From IMG/VR virus record IMGVR_UViG_3300044655_001017: a stretch of 64,000 bases of DNA; one strand, 5' to 3'. Positions 16,647-27,357 of this stretch are shown here, one piece after another. Position 1 is the stretch's first letter, and each line of letters opens with the position of its first letter. A model generated the notes under the pieces. It was not told where the DNA came from, did no database searches, and was given only the letters and a program-made list of their open reading frames with translations. Source of the DNA: a virus. Its lineage: Duplodnaviria; Caudoviricetes. A program made the translations under genes and the position numbers.

Positions 16647-17726
16647 ATGTCAAAAATATTAAAAGTTAGTGAAGGTGATTACAGAATAAAAGTCCCTACT
16701 GGTAATTCTATCACATTAGACACTGGTACTACTGGTTCTGTAATTATTACTGGTGATCTTGATATTAAAGGGCAAACGACAACGATTGAATCGACAAATG
16801 CTACGATTAAAGATAACATTATAGTATTAAACAATGGTGAACCACGTACTAATGGTAATGGTATTACCTTAGGGTCTGCCGGAATTTCTATTGATCGAGG
16901 CCGCGACGGCACTATTGTGTTAACTGCTAAAATGCTGTACGAAGAAGCAGTAACTCACTACAATCCAATATTAAATGCAACTGAAAACGGAACCTATGTG
17001 TTATCAACATCTAGAGATTCTACCAATACACTTGCAAGTTTAAAAGTATCATCAGTTGAGCTTAGTGCAATTTCAAATAATGGTACAAACACAAATGGTA
17101 TTGCATTTAATTTACGAAGTACAAATACTACACTAACTGTAATCAATTCAACTTATAACACGGTATCTTACGAAAATCGATTAATTGATTCTAGTCTTAC
17201 TACTAAATTATATGTTAACAGCTACGTAGTTTCTGGAAACTTAAAACCCGCTCCAACGTTTACCCCGTTTTTAGGTAGTATGGCCGACGTTGACACAATT
17301 TATAAAAAAACAGCAGATGTTCCGGGTACTCCTGGTTCTATAACAGCAATGGTTGAAACAACTACTGCTTCAGAAATAATATTTAAAATTAATACAACGC
17401 AACGTGCAATTATTACATCGTCTGGGTTAAGTGTTGATACATTAAATTTATTTGGTACAACTATTAAAAATACCGGAACTGATCCTTTAATTTTAACATC
17501 TGATGCTAACTTAGTCGAAGTAAATGCAGTATTAACATTAGATGATCAAGCATCAAGTCAAACAACTGCAATAACAGGTAAAACAAAATTATATTCAAAA
17601 GATCTTGAAGGGCCTGGCCGAACAGGTATATATTTTACAAATAATAATACTTATGGTGCAACTGCATATAACAATGACGAACTAGTAAGCAGAAATCGAG
17701 CAGTACTATTAAGTATGCTTTTTTAA
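16647..17726 (+). CDS. virion structural / fiber-base protein
   Basis: 'TGDLDIKGQTTTIESTNATIKDNIIVLN..E...G......GI.IDRG' is a fiber motif common in T4-like phage structural proteins. Confidence 0.8.
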   Translation: MSKILKVSEGDYRIKVPTGNSITLDTGTTGSVIITGDLDIKGQTTTIESTNATIKDNIIVLNNGEPRTNGNGITLGSAGISIDRGRDGTIVLTAKMLYEEAVTHYNPILNATENGTYVLSTSRDSTNTLASLKVSSVELSAISNNGTNTNGIAFNLRSTNTTLTVINSTYNTVSYENRLIDSSLTTKLYVNSYVVSGNLKPAPTFTPFLGSMADVDTIYKKTADVPGTPGSITAMVETTTASEIIFKINTTQRAIITSSGLSVDTLNLFGTTIKNTGTDPLILTSDANLVEVNAVLTLDDQASSQTTAITGKTKLYSKDLEGPGRTGIYFTNNNTYGATAYNNDELVSRNRAVLLSMLF

Positions 17727-17735
17727 GGATAAGAT

Positions 17736-18068
17736 ATGGCAATTTATAACACAGAAGTAACATCATCAAACACTACACTAGCGTCAGGATCAGGAGATCG
17801 AGCAATTACTACTCTTATTTTCTGCAATACCTCAACCTATGTACCTGCAACACCTACTTTAAATCAATCATTATTGTATGTCTACGCAGTACCATCGGGC
17901 GGCACAGCAGGTGCTAGTAACATTATTGTTAACGGTCTTCCAGTACCTGCAGGTGAAACTGTTAGTTTTGATCAAGAAAAAATGGTATTAGGTACTGGAG
18001 ATTCGTTAGTAGCAAAAACCGATTCACTAAGCAATATCACAGCTACAGTAAGCATATTGGCGGTATAA
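17736..18068 (+). CDS. small beta-sandwich structural protein (paralog of 26651 and 40258)
   Basis: Shared pattern 'T..I.CN.S...' and 'P.GET..F..EK.VL..GD.L.A.TD' with the other small genes. Confidence 0.8.
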   Translation: MAIYNTEVTSSNTTLASGSGDRAITTLIFCNTSTYVPATPTLNQSLLYVYAVPSGGTAGASNIIVNGLPVPAGETVSFDQEKMVLGTGDSLVAKTDSLSNITATVSILAV

Positions 18069-18069
18069 C

Positions 18070-19098
18070 ATGAGATATTTACGTCAGCAAGTTTTAAATC
18101 GTAGAGCCCCATGGGATCAAAGATTATATGTAGACATGACTAATAGTGTTGTTATGACTACTACAAACAACGTAACATTACCATCTGGTACTACTGCAGA
18201 ACGACCCGTAGCACCTATAAACGGTATGATGCGATACAATACTGACATAGTAACAGGTGGTGAATTAGAAGTTTATCAATCTGGTACTTGGCGTAGTTTG
18301 AGATTTAAAGAACCTACACTAATTACACAGCAAAGTTTAGGTGCAGGAGACAGTCTTAATTTATATTTTGGACCATTATCGCCTGCTCCGGTAACTACTG
18401 TACAAAGTGGAATTACTTGGGATGTAACTCAAATGGCTAAACATATTTTAGTTGTTGTTGAAAATGTTCTTCAGCTATCAAATACTAATTATACAATTGT
18501 ACAAAATCCAACTATTGGCGCTGGAACTTATACGCCAAAATTAAGTTTTGCTGCACCATTAGGTTCAACAACTTTGTATTTTAATAGTCATGTATTAGGC
18601 GGAAACGCAACTTGGTCAACAAGTGTTGCAACTCTTGAATTTACAGCGTTAACACAAACACCATTTGCAGTTGGGTCTTCTATTGTAGTAACTGGATATA
18701 TGCCAACTGCATATAACGGAACATTTACCGTTACTTCGTCAACTACTAGTTCAGTTAGTTATGCATTAGCAGTGTCAAATCCAGGAACATCAACAGTATC
18801 TGGACAAATTAAAAGTGCAGATGCAATTTACACCTCATTAGATATTACAGGTGCAACGATCAACGGACACGCTAATATACCTAATGGTACAACTATTGTT
18901 TCATCAGTATCTGATGCAAATACAGACGCGTTAATTAGTGCAGTGATTAGTAATGCAACCACTACTAGTACTATTGCAGTGAACACACAACTTACAATTT
19001 CTGAAAGTATACAGTCACCAATTGGATATTATTTAAAGTTTAATTCACCTGTGCCATTAGGAAAAGTAGTTACAGTCTTACACGGCTTTGACAAGTAA
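18070..19098 (+). CDS. virion structural protein
   Basis: 'LPSGTTAERP...NGMMRYNT' motif shared with the 19112, 22382 and 57604 proteins; ends 'PVPLGKVVTVLHGFDK'. Confidence 0.8.
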   Translation: MRYLRQQVLNRRAPWDQRLYVDMTNSVVMTTTNNVTLPSGTTAERPVAPINGMMRYNTDIVTGGELEVYQSGTWRSLRFKEPTLITQQSLGAGDSLNLYFGPLSPAPVTTVQSGITWDVTQMAKHILVVVENVLQLSNTNYTIVQNPTIGAGTYTPKLSFAAPLGSTTLYFNSHVLGGNATWSTSVATLEFTALTQTPFAVGSSIVVTGYMPTAYNGTFTVTSSTTSSVSYALAVSNPGTSTVSGQIKSADAIYTSLDITGATINGHANIPNGTTIVSSVSDANTDALISAVISNATTTSTIAVNTQLTISESIQSPIGYYLKFNSPVPLGKVVTVLHGFDK

Positions 19099-19111
19099 TT
19101 AAGGAATTGTT

Positions 19112-22100
19112 ATGGGTATTGAAATGGGTAGAGTAAGCGGACCGCTTCTTTCGGAAAACTTATTAAGAAACGGTGAAGATTTAGCGTTTGAAACAAACTT
19201 ACTGTATCTAGATGTTAATAACAACAAAATTGGCATTAAAAACGATGCACCAACACGACAATTGTCGGTTGCAGATGCACGAACATCTTACTTAGTTGTT
19301 GATACACAAGCTGATATTGCTAACTTTTCAATACTTACAAATAAGATTCAAAATCCTCTCGGAACGATTTACTTACGTCCAAATCAAACTACTGATCCTA
19401 CAATTAAAGCACCTGAACTTCAGACTGCTAACCTTAGTTTTACTAATCAAAAAATAGAAAATCTTACAGTTGATAGTAACATTGAACTTAATCCTAACGG
19501 TACCGGAATAGTAAAATTTACAACTTCAACTGTAAATATTGACGGTACACTTCACGCAACTGGTGATGTTACGTGGGACGGTACTATTACATTTGGTAAT
19601 AACAATCTTGATAGCGTAACATTTAATACTGATATTACAAGTAGTATAATACCAGATAATAGTACATACGGGTTAGGATCGTTAAGTAAATATTGGCAAA
19701 CTTTGTACACACGCAACGTTACTGCAACTAATATAACATCATCGTCTGATATTACAATTAATAGTATTAATCTAGCGTTATCTTCTGGTAAGACAATTTA
19801 CGTATCAACTACAGGTAATGACACATTATCTGGTATGCACGCCCATGCTCCTTTTAAAACGATAAAAGCAGCACTAGCAATCGCAACAGTAGGTGACGAA
19901 GTTGTTATCTTTCCTGGAACATATACCGAAATATTCCCATTAACAATTCCTCTAGGAGTTAGTGTCCGTGGGATGAGTATTCGTGCAGTTGTTATTAAAC
20001 CAACGATTGCTACAAACAACAAAGATGCATTTTTATTAAATGGTGATACTACTGTTTCTTTCTTAACAATTCAAGACTACTTCTTTGATATTGTTAATAA
20101 TACCGGATACGCATTTAGATTTGCTAACAATTTTAAATCATTAGTTAAAAGTCCATATATCCAAAATGTTACAATAATTTCTAAAGGTTCAGTAACTCCA
20201 ACGAACGATCCGTTAGGATTTAATCAAGGGGATGCTGGTGCCGGCATATTAGTTGACAGTACTGATGCAGATTTATCCGGTAACATTGTTCCTTCATTAC
20301 TATGTTACGCAGTTACGTTAATTACACCAAATCAAGATTCTATAGTTGCAAAAAATAATGTTAGGGTTGAATGGTTAAACTCGTTTACCTATTATGCTAA
20401 ACGAGGTAGTTACTTAACTAATGGTGCAGAGTTTAGAAGTATTAACAGCGCAAATATATACGGTACATACGGTGTAGTTGCAGACGGAACAAATACAAGA
20501 GGTTATCTAACTGGACATAATTTTAGCTATGTTGGATCTGGTAACATCTCAAGCAACGATAAATCAAATGTATTTCAAGAAAATGAAATTGTTGCAACCA
20601 ACGATGCAAGAATCTTTTACGATAGTATGGATCATAAAGGCGATTTTCGTGTAGGTGATATATTTTATGTTAACCAAGAAACTGGCCAAGTTGTGTTTAA
20701 CGCACAACATATTGACTTTGGAGCAACCGGCGGACTAGTTTTTGAAACAGAGTATGGTGTTACAAACATCAATATGACTGCAATTCAAACTGGAAACATT
20801 CGCATACACGATAATGACATTGATTCATTAGTTGGACCTGTTAATTTTTTAGCTGCATCAACTTCTACTTATCTTAATACTAATGTATATGTTACTGGGT
20901 TATTAGATGTAACTGGGGAAACAAATGTTAAAGGAAATGTATTCTTAGGTAATGAAGTATTAGATACTTTAACTATATTTCCAAGACTGACTCAAACTTT
21001 TAAACCAAAAACTACCAGTACTTATACATTAGGCACAAGCGATGTTTCGTGGAAAACTGCATTCCTAACAGGTCTTAATGTTGATAATGTTACCCAAATA
21101 ACAAATAATACAATATCAACAATATCAACTGATACTGATTTAAGATTAGTAGCTGCAGGTACAGGAAAAATTCAGATTTCATCAACTGATGTTGCAGTAT
21201 CTAACAACTTAACTGCAGTAGGAACTACTACTATCGATGGCGATACATCGTTAAGAAATGTTAACATTTCTGGATTAGTCGAATTAACTGGAGACATAAA
21301 TCAAACAGGAAATATTAGGTTAACTGGTACCTTACACAATACAGACAATTTAATAATAACCGGATCTACCTCGTATTTACGATCTAATGGTGTTAAAATA
21401 CTTAACAACCAAATTTACACTAACACATCTGGAGATACGTTATCATTATCTGCTAACGGAACAGGCGGCGTAGTATTTGATGATAAGATAAAATTTACTA
21501 ACACAACTATTAGTAATAGATGGTCGATTGCAACTACTAATCTACAAAAGAGCATTGTACTTACTCCGTCGGGTACTGGTCTTACTGTAATAAATTCTAC
21601 AGAATATCTAAAATTACCTTACAGTAACGAAACTACTAATTACTTGTCAGCTGTTGGACAAATTAGACATAATAGTACAACTAATCTATACGAAGGATAT
21701 AATATTCCTGATGGTTTAGAAAGTTTTACTAATTTGTATGATACTGATCGTAACACATATATTACTCCTGAATTAACCCCGGGCGCAAATGACAATACAC
21801 TTAGATTTGGAATTAATAATACAGTAGTTGCTGAAATTAATTCATCTCGTTTATTTTCTAATTTATTAGAAATAGACGATATTCATATTTTAAATAACAC
21901 TATTACAACTGCATTACCAAATACAGATTTCTTTTTAACACCAAACGGTTCATCAACATCAATTAATGTTAATAATTTAGTATTTAAACCTAATAACATA
22001 ATGCTTAACACCAATCAAGTGTTAACAATGCAAGGAACATCAGCAGGATATTTTAAATTTGGTGGAACATTTGGGTTAGTAATTCCAATAGGTGACAACA

Positions 22101-22270
22101 GTCAGCGACGGGTAGATCCAGAAATTGGCGAAACACGATTTAATACAGAAATACAGATATGGGAAGTATTTAACGGAACAATTTGGGACTCAGCTATTGG
22201 TTCTGCATCATTTGCAACATCAGACGAGGTAGACGATATTATGAACACATGGGCCATTATACTCGGTTAA
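19112..22270 (+). CDS. large virion fiber/baseplate structural protein (paralog A1)
   Basis: 1052 aa; GR(V/I)SGPLL..NL.R.G..LAFET N-terminus; 'TIYVSTTGND...PFKTIKAAL' beta-helix-start motif. Confidence 0.85.
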   Translation: MGIEMGRVSGPLLSENLLRNGEDLAFETNLLYLDVNNNKIGIKNDAPTRQLSVADARTSYLVVDTQADIANFSILTNKIQNPLGTIYLRPNQTTDPTIKAPELQTANLSFTNQKIENLTVDSNIELNPNGTGIVKFTTSTVNIDGTLHATGDVTWDGTITFGNNNLDSVTFNTDITSSIIPDNSTYGLGSLSKYWQTLYTRNVTATNITSSSDITINSINLALSSGKTIYVSTTGNDTLSGMHAHAPFKTIKAALAIATVGDEVVIFPGTYTEIFPLTIPLGVSVRGMSIRAVVIKPTIATNNKDAFLLNGDTTVSFLTIQDYFFDIVNNTGYAFRFANNFKSLVKSPYIQNVTIISKGSVTPTNDPLGFNQGDAGAGILVDSTDADLSGNIVPSLLCYAVTLITPNQDSIVAKNNVRVEWLNSFTYYAKRGSYLTNGAEFRSINSANIYGTYGVVADGTNTRGYLTGHNFSYVGSGNISSNDKSNVFQENEIVATNDARIFYDSMDHKGDFRVGDIFYVNQETGQVVFNAQHIDFGATGGLVFETEYGVTNINMTAIQTGNIRIHDNDIDSLVGPVNFLAASTSTYLNTNVYVTGLLDVTGETNVKGNVFLGNEVLDTLTIFPRLTQTFKPKTTSTYTLGTSDVSWKTAFLTGLNVDNVTQITNNTISTISTDTDLRLVAAGTGKIQISSTDVAVSNNLTAVGTTTIDGDTSLRNVNISGLVELTGDINQTGNIRLTGTLHNTDNLIITGSTSYLRSNGVKILNNQIYTNTSGDTLSLSANGTGGVVFDDKIKFTNTTISNRWSIATTNLQKSIVLTPSGTGLTVINSTEYLKLPYSNETTNYLSAVGQIRHNSTTNLYEGYNIPDGLESFTNLYDTDRNTYITPELTPGANDNTLRFGINNTVVAEINSSRLFSNLLEIDDIHILNNTITTALPNTDFFLTPNGSSTSINVNNLVFKPNNIMLNTNQVLTMQGTSAGYFKFGGTFGLVIPIGDNSQRRVDPEIGETRFNTEIQIWEVFNGTIWDSAIGSASFATSDEVDDIMNTWAIILG

Positions 22271-22279
22271 GGATAAATA

Positions 22280-22381
22280 CTTTTACTGCTGGGATAAGAC
22301 CAAAAATCCCACGAGACGAAACTGTGGTAAACCCGCAATGTAAGGTGGTTAGCCGTGAAACGCGGTGGTTAAGGAGAGTAT
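22280..22381 (+). promoter_or_regulatory. structured 5' leader downstream of a late-promoter box
   Basis: GATAAATA at 22272; hairpin tgggat/atccca 22290-22311; direct repeat ggtggtta at 22344 and 22364; ccg-tGAAAcg-cgg; AAGGAG RBS at 22371. Confidence 0.55.
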
Positions 22382-25300
22382 ATGGCTGTTGGTCGAATTT
22401 CTGGTCCGCTCTTAAAAGCAAACCTTCTTCGCGACGGTGTGAATTTAGCTTTTGAGACCGACTTATTATTTTTAGATGTAGTAAACGGGCGGATAGGCAT
22501 TAAGACAGCATCGCCACAATACACACTTGACGTTAATGGTACAACTCGTACTACAAATTTAGAAACAACAACTCAAGCTAATATTGCGTCATTTACTATT
22601 AATAATAATATTATTGCTAGTAGCAACAGTATTATTAGTTTAGAACCATCTGGTACAAATCCTGTTGTATATCAAGGTAAATTAATCGTTGATAACAACA
22701 TACAGATTTCATCAAACATTATACAAGCAACAACAACTGACTCTAATTTAGAAATTAAAACTAATGGATCAGGTCAAGTAAATATTAATTCAAATGTATT
22801 AGTAACTGGTAATGTACACGCTACCGGAACAATTACTGCCGACGGTGACATCATATTAGGTGATGCTAACACTGATAGCGTTACGTTTAACGCTGATATT
22901 ACAAGTAATATTAATCCTGATCAAACAAATACATACGACTTAGGTAGTAATCCAACAACTGGCGGACAAGAATGGGGCACCAGCTACATTAGTAATATCC
23001 AAACTACTAATATTACTGCTGATACATTAAGTGTTAATGGCATTGACTTAATCTTACCTCAAGGTAACATATTTTATGTTTCGGTTAACGGTAATGATAC
23101 TAATGCAGGCGTTCATGAAAATAATCCGTTTGCATCAATAAAACATGCGTTATCAGTAGCAACTGCAGGTACTACTGTTTACATCTATTCCGGTACTTAC
23201 ACTGAGATATTCCCATTAACTATTCCAGTAGGTGTAACAATCAAAGGTGCAGGTCTTCGATCGGTAACTGTTCAACCAACAGTCGGAACAATCGATAACG
23301 ATGCATTTTTACTAAACGGCGAAACTACAATTGAAGATTTATCTATCGTTGGTTACAGATTTAATAGTACTAACAATACCGGATATGCATTTAGATTTGC
23401 ATCTAACTTTTTAGTTTCATCTCGTAGTCCGTACATAAGAAATGTTTCAGTTATTACTAAAGGTTCTACAACAAGTAGCACTGATCCATATGGATACGAC
23501 AGTAACGATGCAGGTAAAGGTGCGTTCTTTGATGGAAGTATTGCAAACTCTGCAAGTAAGGAAGTTACTGCATTATTTAATTCTGTCACATTTATCACTC
23601 CAAATCAAGAAACTCTTGTTGCAACTAATGGTGTTAGGATTGAATGGTTAAATTCATTTACATATTTTGCCGATAAAGGGATATATGCATATTCGGGTAC
23701 AACTGGGTTTGCAGGTATAGGCAAAACACGATTAAAAATTAACAATAAAACAGGTACATGGAATGTAGGTGATACTATTACTTACTATGATACCAACGGC
23801 ACTACGGTACTTGCAACCGGAGTGATTGATAGTTTTGATGGTAATTTTGTAAACTTAGTAGGCAAGCAGTCTGGATTTCAAACAATTACAGATAGAATAC
23901 CAAAAGCAGTGTTTGCAAACGGAAATGCTAAGATTTCTACATTAGAATATAAATTTGGTAATTCAAGTTTAAATTTAGATGGTACTGGAGACTTTCTTAA
24001 TGTTCCTAGTCAACCTGATTTTAATTTTAGCAACGGTAATTTTACAATTGAACTATGGGTGTATCAAACAGTTAATTCTGGAGCAACTCAAATTTTAATT
24101 GATATGCGTACTAGTACTCCGCAATCTGCAATCGTGCTATCATTAAATTCTATTAATCAAGTTGCATTTACTGTTAATGGTACTGCAGTAATCACATCTA
24201 CTGATGTAGTTGCAGTGAATACGTGGACACATGTTGCATTATCACGCGCCGGTACATCATCTAAAATATTTATTAACGGTGTGCAGTCAGGGTCTACTTA
24301 TACAGACACTACTGTGTATATTCAAAGTCCTGTACGCATAGGTGCTCGGTTTGATAACACATTAGGATTTACTGGATATATTGACGGTGTTAGAATTTGT
24401 AAAGGTATTGCAAGGTACACTGGTACATTTGTAGTTCCTAGTTCAGAATCATTAGGCGATTTATCTACAGTATTATTATTACATTTTGATGGAAGTAACA
24501 ACTCGACTACTATTTTAGATAATGGTATTACGTTCCAGGACATTAGATCTTCAGCAGGTGGAACTGCAAGTATTATTAACTTTGCAGACTATAGCGATTT
24601 TGGTGTTGAATTACGATCAATTGGATCTGCAAATATATACGGTACTTACGGCGTATACGCTGACGGTGACGGAGTTGTACTGTTCTTAACTAGTCACAAC
24701 TTTTCATATACTGGTTCAGGGAAAGACTCATCAAATACTCCACATAATGAAGGACCTGAAAATCCTGATGTTGATCCATACGAGATTGTAAAACTTAACA
24801 ATGCTCAAGTTTATTACACGACTATTAATGAAGAAGGTGATTTTAGAGTTGGCGATAGCTTCTACATTGATCAGCATAGTGGTGATGTGTTATTCAACAA
24901 TCAAAATTTAACAATTACAAGTACTACCGGTGTATCTTTTAGTGACGGAACACATACTACATCTATTACATCGCAAGATATTACTACTGGTAATATTAAA
25001 ATTAGCGGTAACACGATTGAAAGTTTGTCAGGCAATATAAATGTAACTGCAGCAAACGGTGCAATTAATTTACAAAATAATACATATGTAACTGGTAATT
25101 TAGATGTTACTGGTGATGTTACTATTGGCGGAAACATTACAATTGGTGATCAATCTACTGATACTGTTACATTTACTGCTGGAATCACAAGTAATATTGT
25201 TCCAGCAACTACTGCTTTTTATGATTTAGGTACTACTAATTTACGATGGAACAATGCATTTTTAAGTCGTGCAGAAATAGATGGGTTAGTAATTGACAAC

Positions 25301-26647
25301 AACACTATTAGCACAACATTAAACAATGATGATTTAACATTAACTGCAAATGGTAGCGGACAAGTTTATGTACCGTCAAATAATGTACAGATTGATCAAA
25401 ATTTAACAGTTACTCAAAATTTAACAGTTACGACTGGTACTACTTATTTACAAGATGTTGGAATTACTGGTGATATTACTCAAACTGGTGATATTACCCA
25501 AACTGGAGACATTAGTACAAGTGGTACAATTACAGTAACTGGAAATATTACAAGCACAGGTGACTTAGATTTACCAGAAATTACAATATCAAATAACTCA
25601 ATTTACACTAATGTAACAGATACTGATTTAGAAATTTTTGGAACAGGTACTGGCGGGGTTATTGTTGAAGGATTAAAAATTACCGATAACGGTATTGCTA
25701 GTATCGCAACTAACTCAGGTATAACATTAACTCCACAAGGAACCGGTGGAGTTATAATTGATAGTACTACTAGTTTAAAAATTCCAGTTGGTACTACATT
25801 AGAAAGACCGTTATTACCTACTAACGGAATGATAAGGTATAATACTACATTATCTAGATATGAAAGTTATACAGTAAAAGTTCCTGGATCTATACTTTCG
25901 GCAGTACAATATGACACCATTGCTGGATTTATTGGACAAACTGATATTGTAATTATCGGTGGAAATAATGATGCACGTTGCAGTATTAGTATAACTGGTA
26001 TTACAATTACAACTCCTGGAACTGGATATACTACAGGCATCGCTACAATCGGCGGCGGAACACGAATAGTAATAACGGTTGACGGATTTTGGTTACAACT
26101 TAGCGGAGTTATAGATAATAGTGGTAATACTCGTATATTAGCAGAATCATCACCTGGTGCTAACGATAACATATTATATTTTTATGCTAATAATCATTTA
26201 ACAGCAACTATTGACAACGAAAAATTATTTACAGAAAGGTTTCAAACTAATAATTTAGATATTAATGGTAATACCATTACTACGTTAGTAGCTGATACTG
26301 ATATTAATATTACTGCATCAGGAACCGGCGGAGTACATCTTGGGAATTTACGAATTTCTAATGATACAATAACAAATGTTTTAGCAAATGCAGTTACTGA
26401 ATTTGTTAATAGCGGCACTGGTTATGTTAAATTTGCAGGGTCAGGCGGAATAGTTATCCCATCAGGTGATACCGGATCAACTCGTCCACCAAGTCCTGAA
26501 ACTGGTATGATACGATTTAATACTTCGTATCAGGTTGTTGAAATTTTTAACGGAGTAACATGGGGTAGTGTTGCAGGTAATACAGGTGGCGTTACAATTA
26601 CAGCTGCAAACGAAATAGGATTAGCATCCGCATTAATTTTTGGATAA
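22382..26647 (+). CDS. large virion fiber/baseplate structural protein (paralog A2) with inserted LamG/ConA-like domain
   Basis: Collinear with 19112; additional 'NFTIELWVY...WTHVALSR...KIFING...IGA..D....F.GYIDGVRI.KG.ARY' LamG-like domain. Confidence 0.87.
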   Translation: MAVGRISGPLLKANLLRDGVNLAFETDLLFLDVVNGRIGIKTASPQYTLDVNGTTRTTNLETTTQANIASFTINNNIIASSNSIISLEPSGTNPVVYQGKLIVDNNIQISSNIIQATTTDSNLEIKTNGSGQVNINSNVLVTGNVHATGTITADGDIILGDANTDSVTFNADITSNINPDQTNTYDLGSNPTTGGQEWGTSYISNIQTTNITADTLSVNGIDLILPQGNIFYVSVNGNDTNAGVHENNPFASIKHALSVATAGTTVYIYSGTYTEIFPLTIPVGVTIKGAGLRSVTVQPTVGTIDNDAFLLNGETTIEDLSIVGYRFNSTNNTGYAFRFASNFLVSSRSPYIRNVSVITKGSTTSSTDPYGYDSNDAGKGAFFDGSIANSASKEVTALFNSVTFITPNQETLVATNGVRIEWLNSFTYFADKGIYAYSGTTGFAGIGKTRLKINNKTGTWNVGDTITYYDTNGTTVLATGVIDSFDGNFVNLVGKQSGFQTITDRIPKAVFANGNAKISTLEYKFGNSSLNLDGTGDFLNVPSQPDFNFSNGNFTIELWVYQTVNSGATQILIDMRTSTPQSAIVLSLNSINQVAFTVNGTAVITSTDVVAVNTWTHVALSRAGTSSKIFINGVQSGSTYTDTTVYIQSPVRIGARFDNTLGFTGYIDGVRICKGIARYTGTFVVPSSESLGDLSTVLLLHFDGSNNSTTILDNGITFQDIRSSAGGTASIINFADYSDFGVELRSIGSANIYGTYGVYADGDGVVLFLTSHNFSYTGSGKDSSNTPHNEGPENPDVDPYEIVKLNNAQVYYTTINEEGDFRVGDSFYIDQHSGDVLFNNQNLTITSTTGVSFSDGTHTTSITSQDITTGNIKISGNTIESLSGNINVTAANGAINLQNNTYVTGNLDVTGDVTIGGNITIGDQSTDTVTFTAGITSNIVPATTAFYDLGTTNLRWNNAFLSRAEIDGLVIDNNTISTTLNNDDLTLTANGSGQVYVPSNNVQIDQNLTVTQNLTVTTGTTYLQDVGITGDITQTGDITQTGDISTSGTITVTGNITSTGDLDLPEITISNNSIYTNVTDTDLEIFGTGTGGVIVEGLKITDNGIASIATNSGITLTPQGTGGVIIDSTTSLKIPVGTTLERPLLPTNGMIRYNTTLSRYESYTVKVPGSILSAVQYDTIAGFIGQTDIVIIGGNNDARCSISITGITITTPGTGYTTGIATIGGGTRIVITVDGFWLQLSGVIDNSGNTRILAESSPGANDNILYFYANNHLTATIDNEKLFTERFQTNNLDINGNTITTLVADTDINITASGTGGVHLGNLRISNDTITNVLANAVTEFVNSGTGYVKFAGSGGIVIPSGDTGSTRPPSPETGMIRFNTSYQVVEIFNGVTWGSVAGNTGGVTITAANEIGLASALIFG

Positions 26648-26650
26648 CAA

Positions 26651-26980
26651 ATGGCTACATTTTTAAGAACAACAGTAAAGAAGAACATAGGAACTACTCC
26701 AGTACAAGCATTAACACCTGGATCTACTAGCAGTTTTACAGTAATTGGATGTAATTTATCAAATACAACAGACTATGATGTTATTGTTAGTATTACGATT
26801 ACTGACTCGTCAAACGTTGTTGGCAGTTATGTGTCGTCTTTAACAATTCGCCCTTATAATAGTGCTAAAATAATTACAAATGGTGAAAAATTAATAGTAG
26901 CAGGCAGCTGCATTATGACAATTGTTAGTGATACCGATAACAGTATTGATGCAGTAATCAGCTATGCTGAAGTAATATAA
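26651..26980 (+). CDS. small beta-sandwich structural protein
   Basis: Paralog of 17736 and 40258; tightly packed in the operon. Confidence 0.8.
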   Translation: MATFLRTTVKKNIGTTPVQALTPGSTSSFTVIGCNLSNTTDYDVIVSITITDSSNVVGSYVSSLTIRPYNSAKIITNGEKLIVAGSCIMTIVSDTDNSIDAVISYAEVI

Positions 26981-26989
26981 GGAATTATA

Positions 26990-27346
26990 ATGAGTAATTA
27001 TTTTTTAGGTAATGAAAAATCTGATATTATCGGCGATAGTGCAGGATATTTATATGCATTGCGCAGAACAGACGACGGTGAATTATATTTTGCAAGAGTT
27101 AATCAACTAAGCAGAAATGATTCAATACAAATAAACAACGAAGGCGATCCCGAAGATAACTACCCAGATTTTGAATCAAATGTTGATTTTTTTGAAGGTA
27201 GAGATGTATATCATAATTTAGCTTATGCAAATTTAAATTATGAACAATATCGATGGGATAACAGAAACATATATTACTACGTTGACAGCTCTGGTAATTT
27301 AGTAATGCGTACTGACACAAAATATCAGTACCCAAGTGGAATATAA
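26990..27346 (+). CDS. conserved hypothetical virion-module protein
   Basis: AAGGA RBS; 'YALRRTDDGELYF...YEQYRWD.RNIYYY.D..G.LV.R'. Confidence 0.8.
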   Translation: MSNYFLGNEKSDIIGDSAGYLYALRRTDDGELYFARVNQLSRNDSIQINNEGDPEDNYPDFESNVDFFEGRDVYHNLAYANLNYEQYRWDNRNIYYYVDSSGNLVMRTDTKYQYPSGI

Positions 27347-27357
27347 CGAGGTAAGAA

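Noticed and set aside
22285-22330. Hammerhead ribozyme (cGAAAc present)
   Set aside because: The CUGAUGA core is absent (ctgctggga) and stems I/III cannot be built.
25466-25513. TGDITQ repeats as an ice-binding beta-solenoid
   Set aside because: Only about 3 units, a common fiber beta-helix motif; not enough for a TxT ice-binding array.
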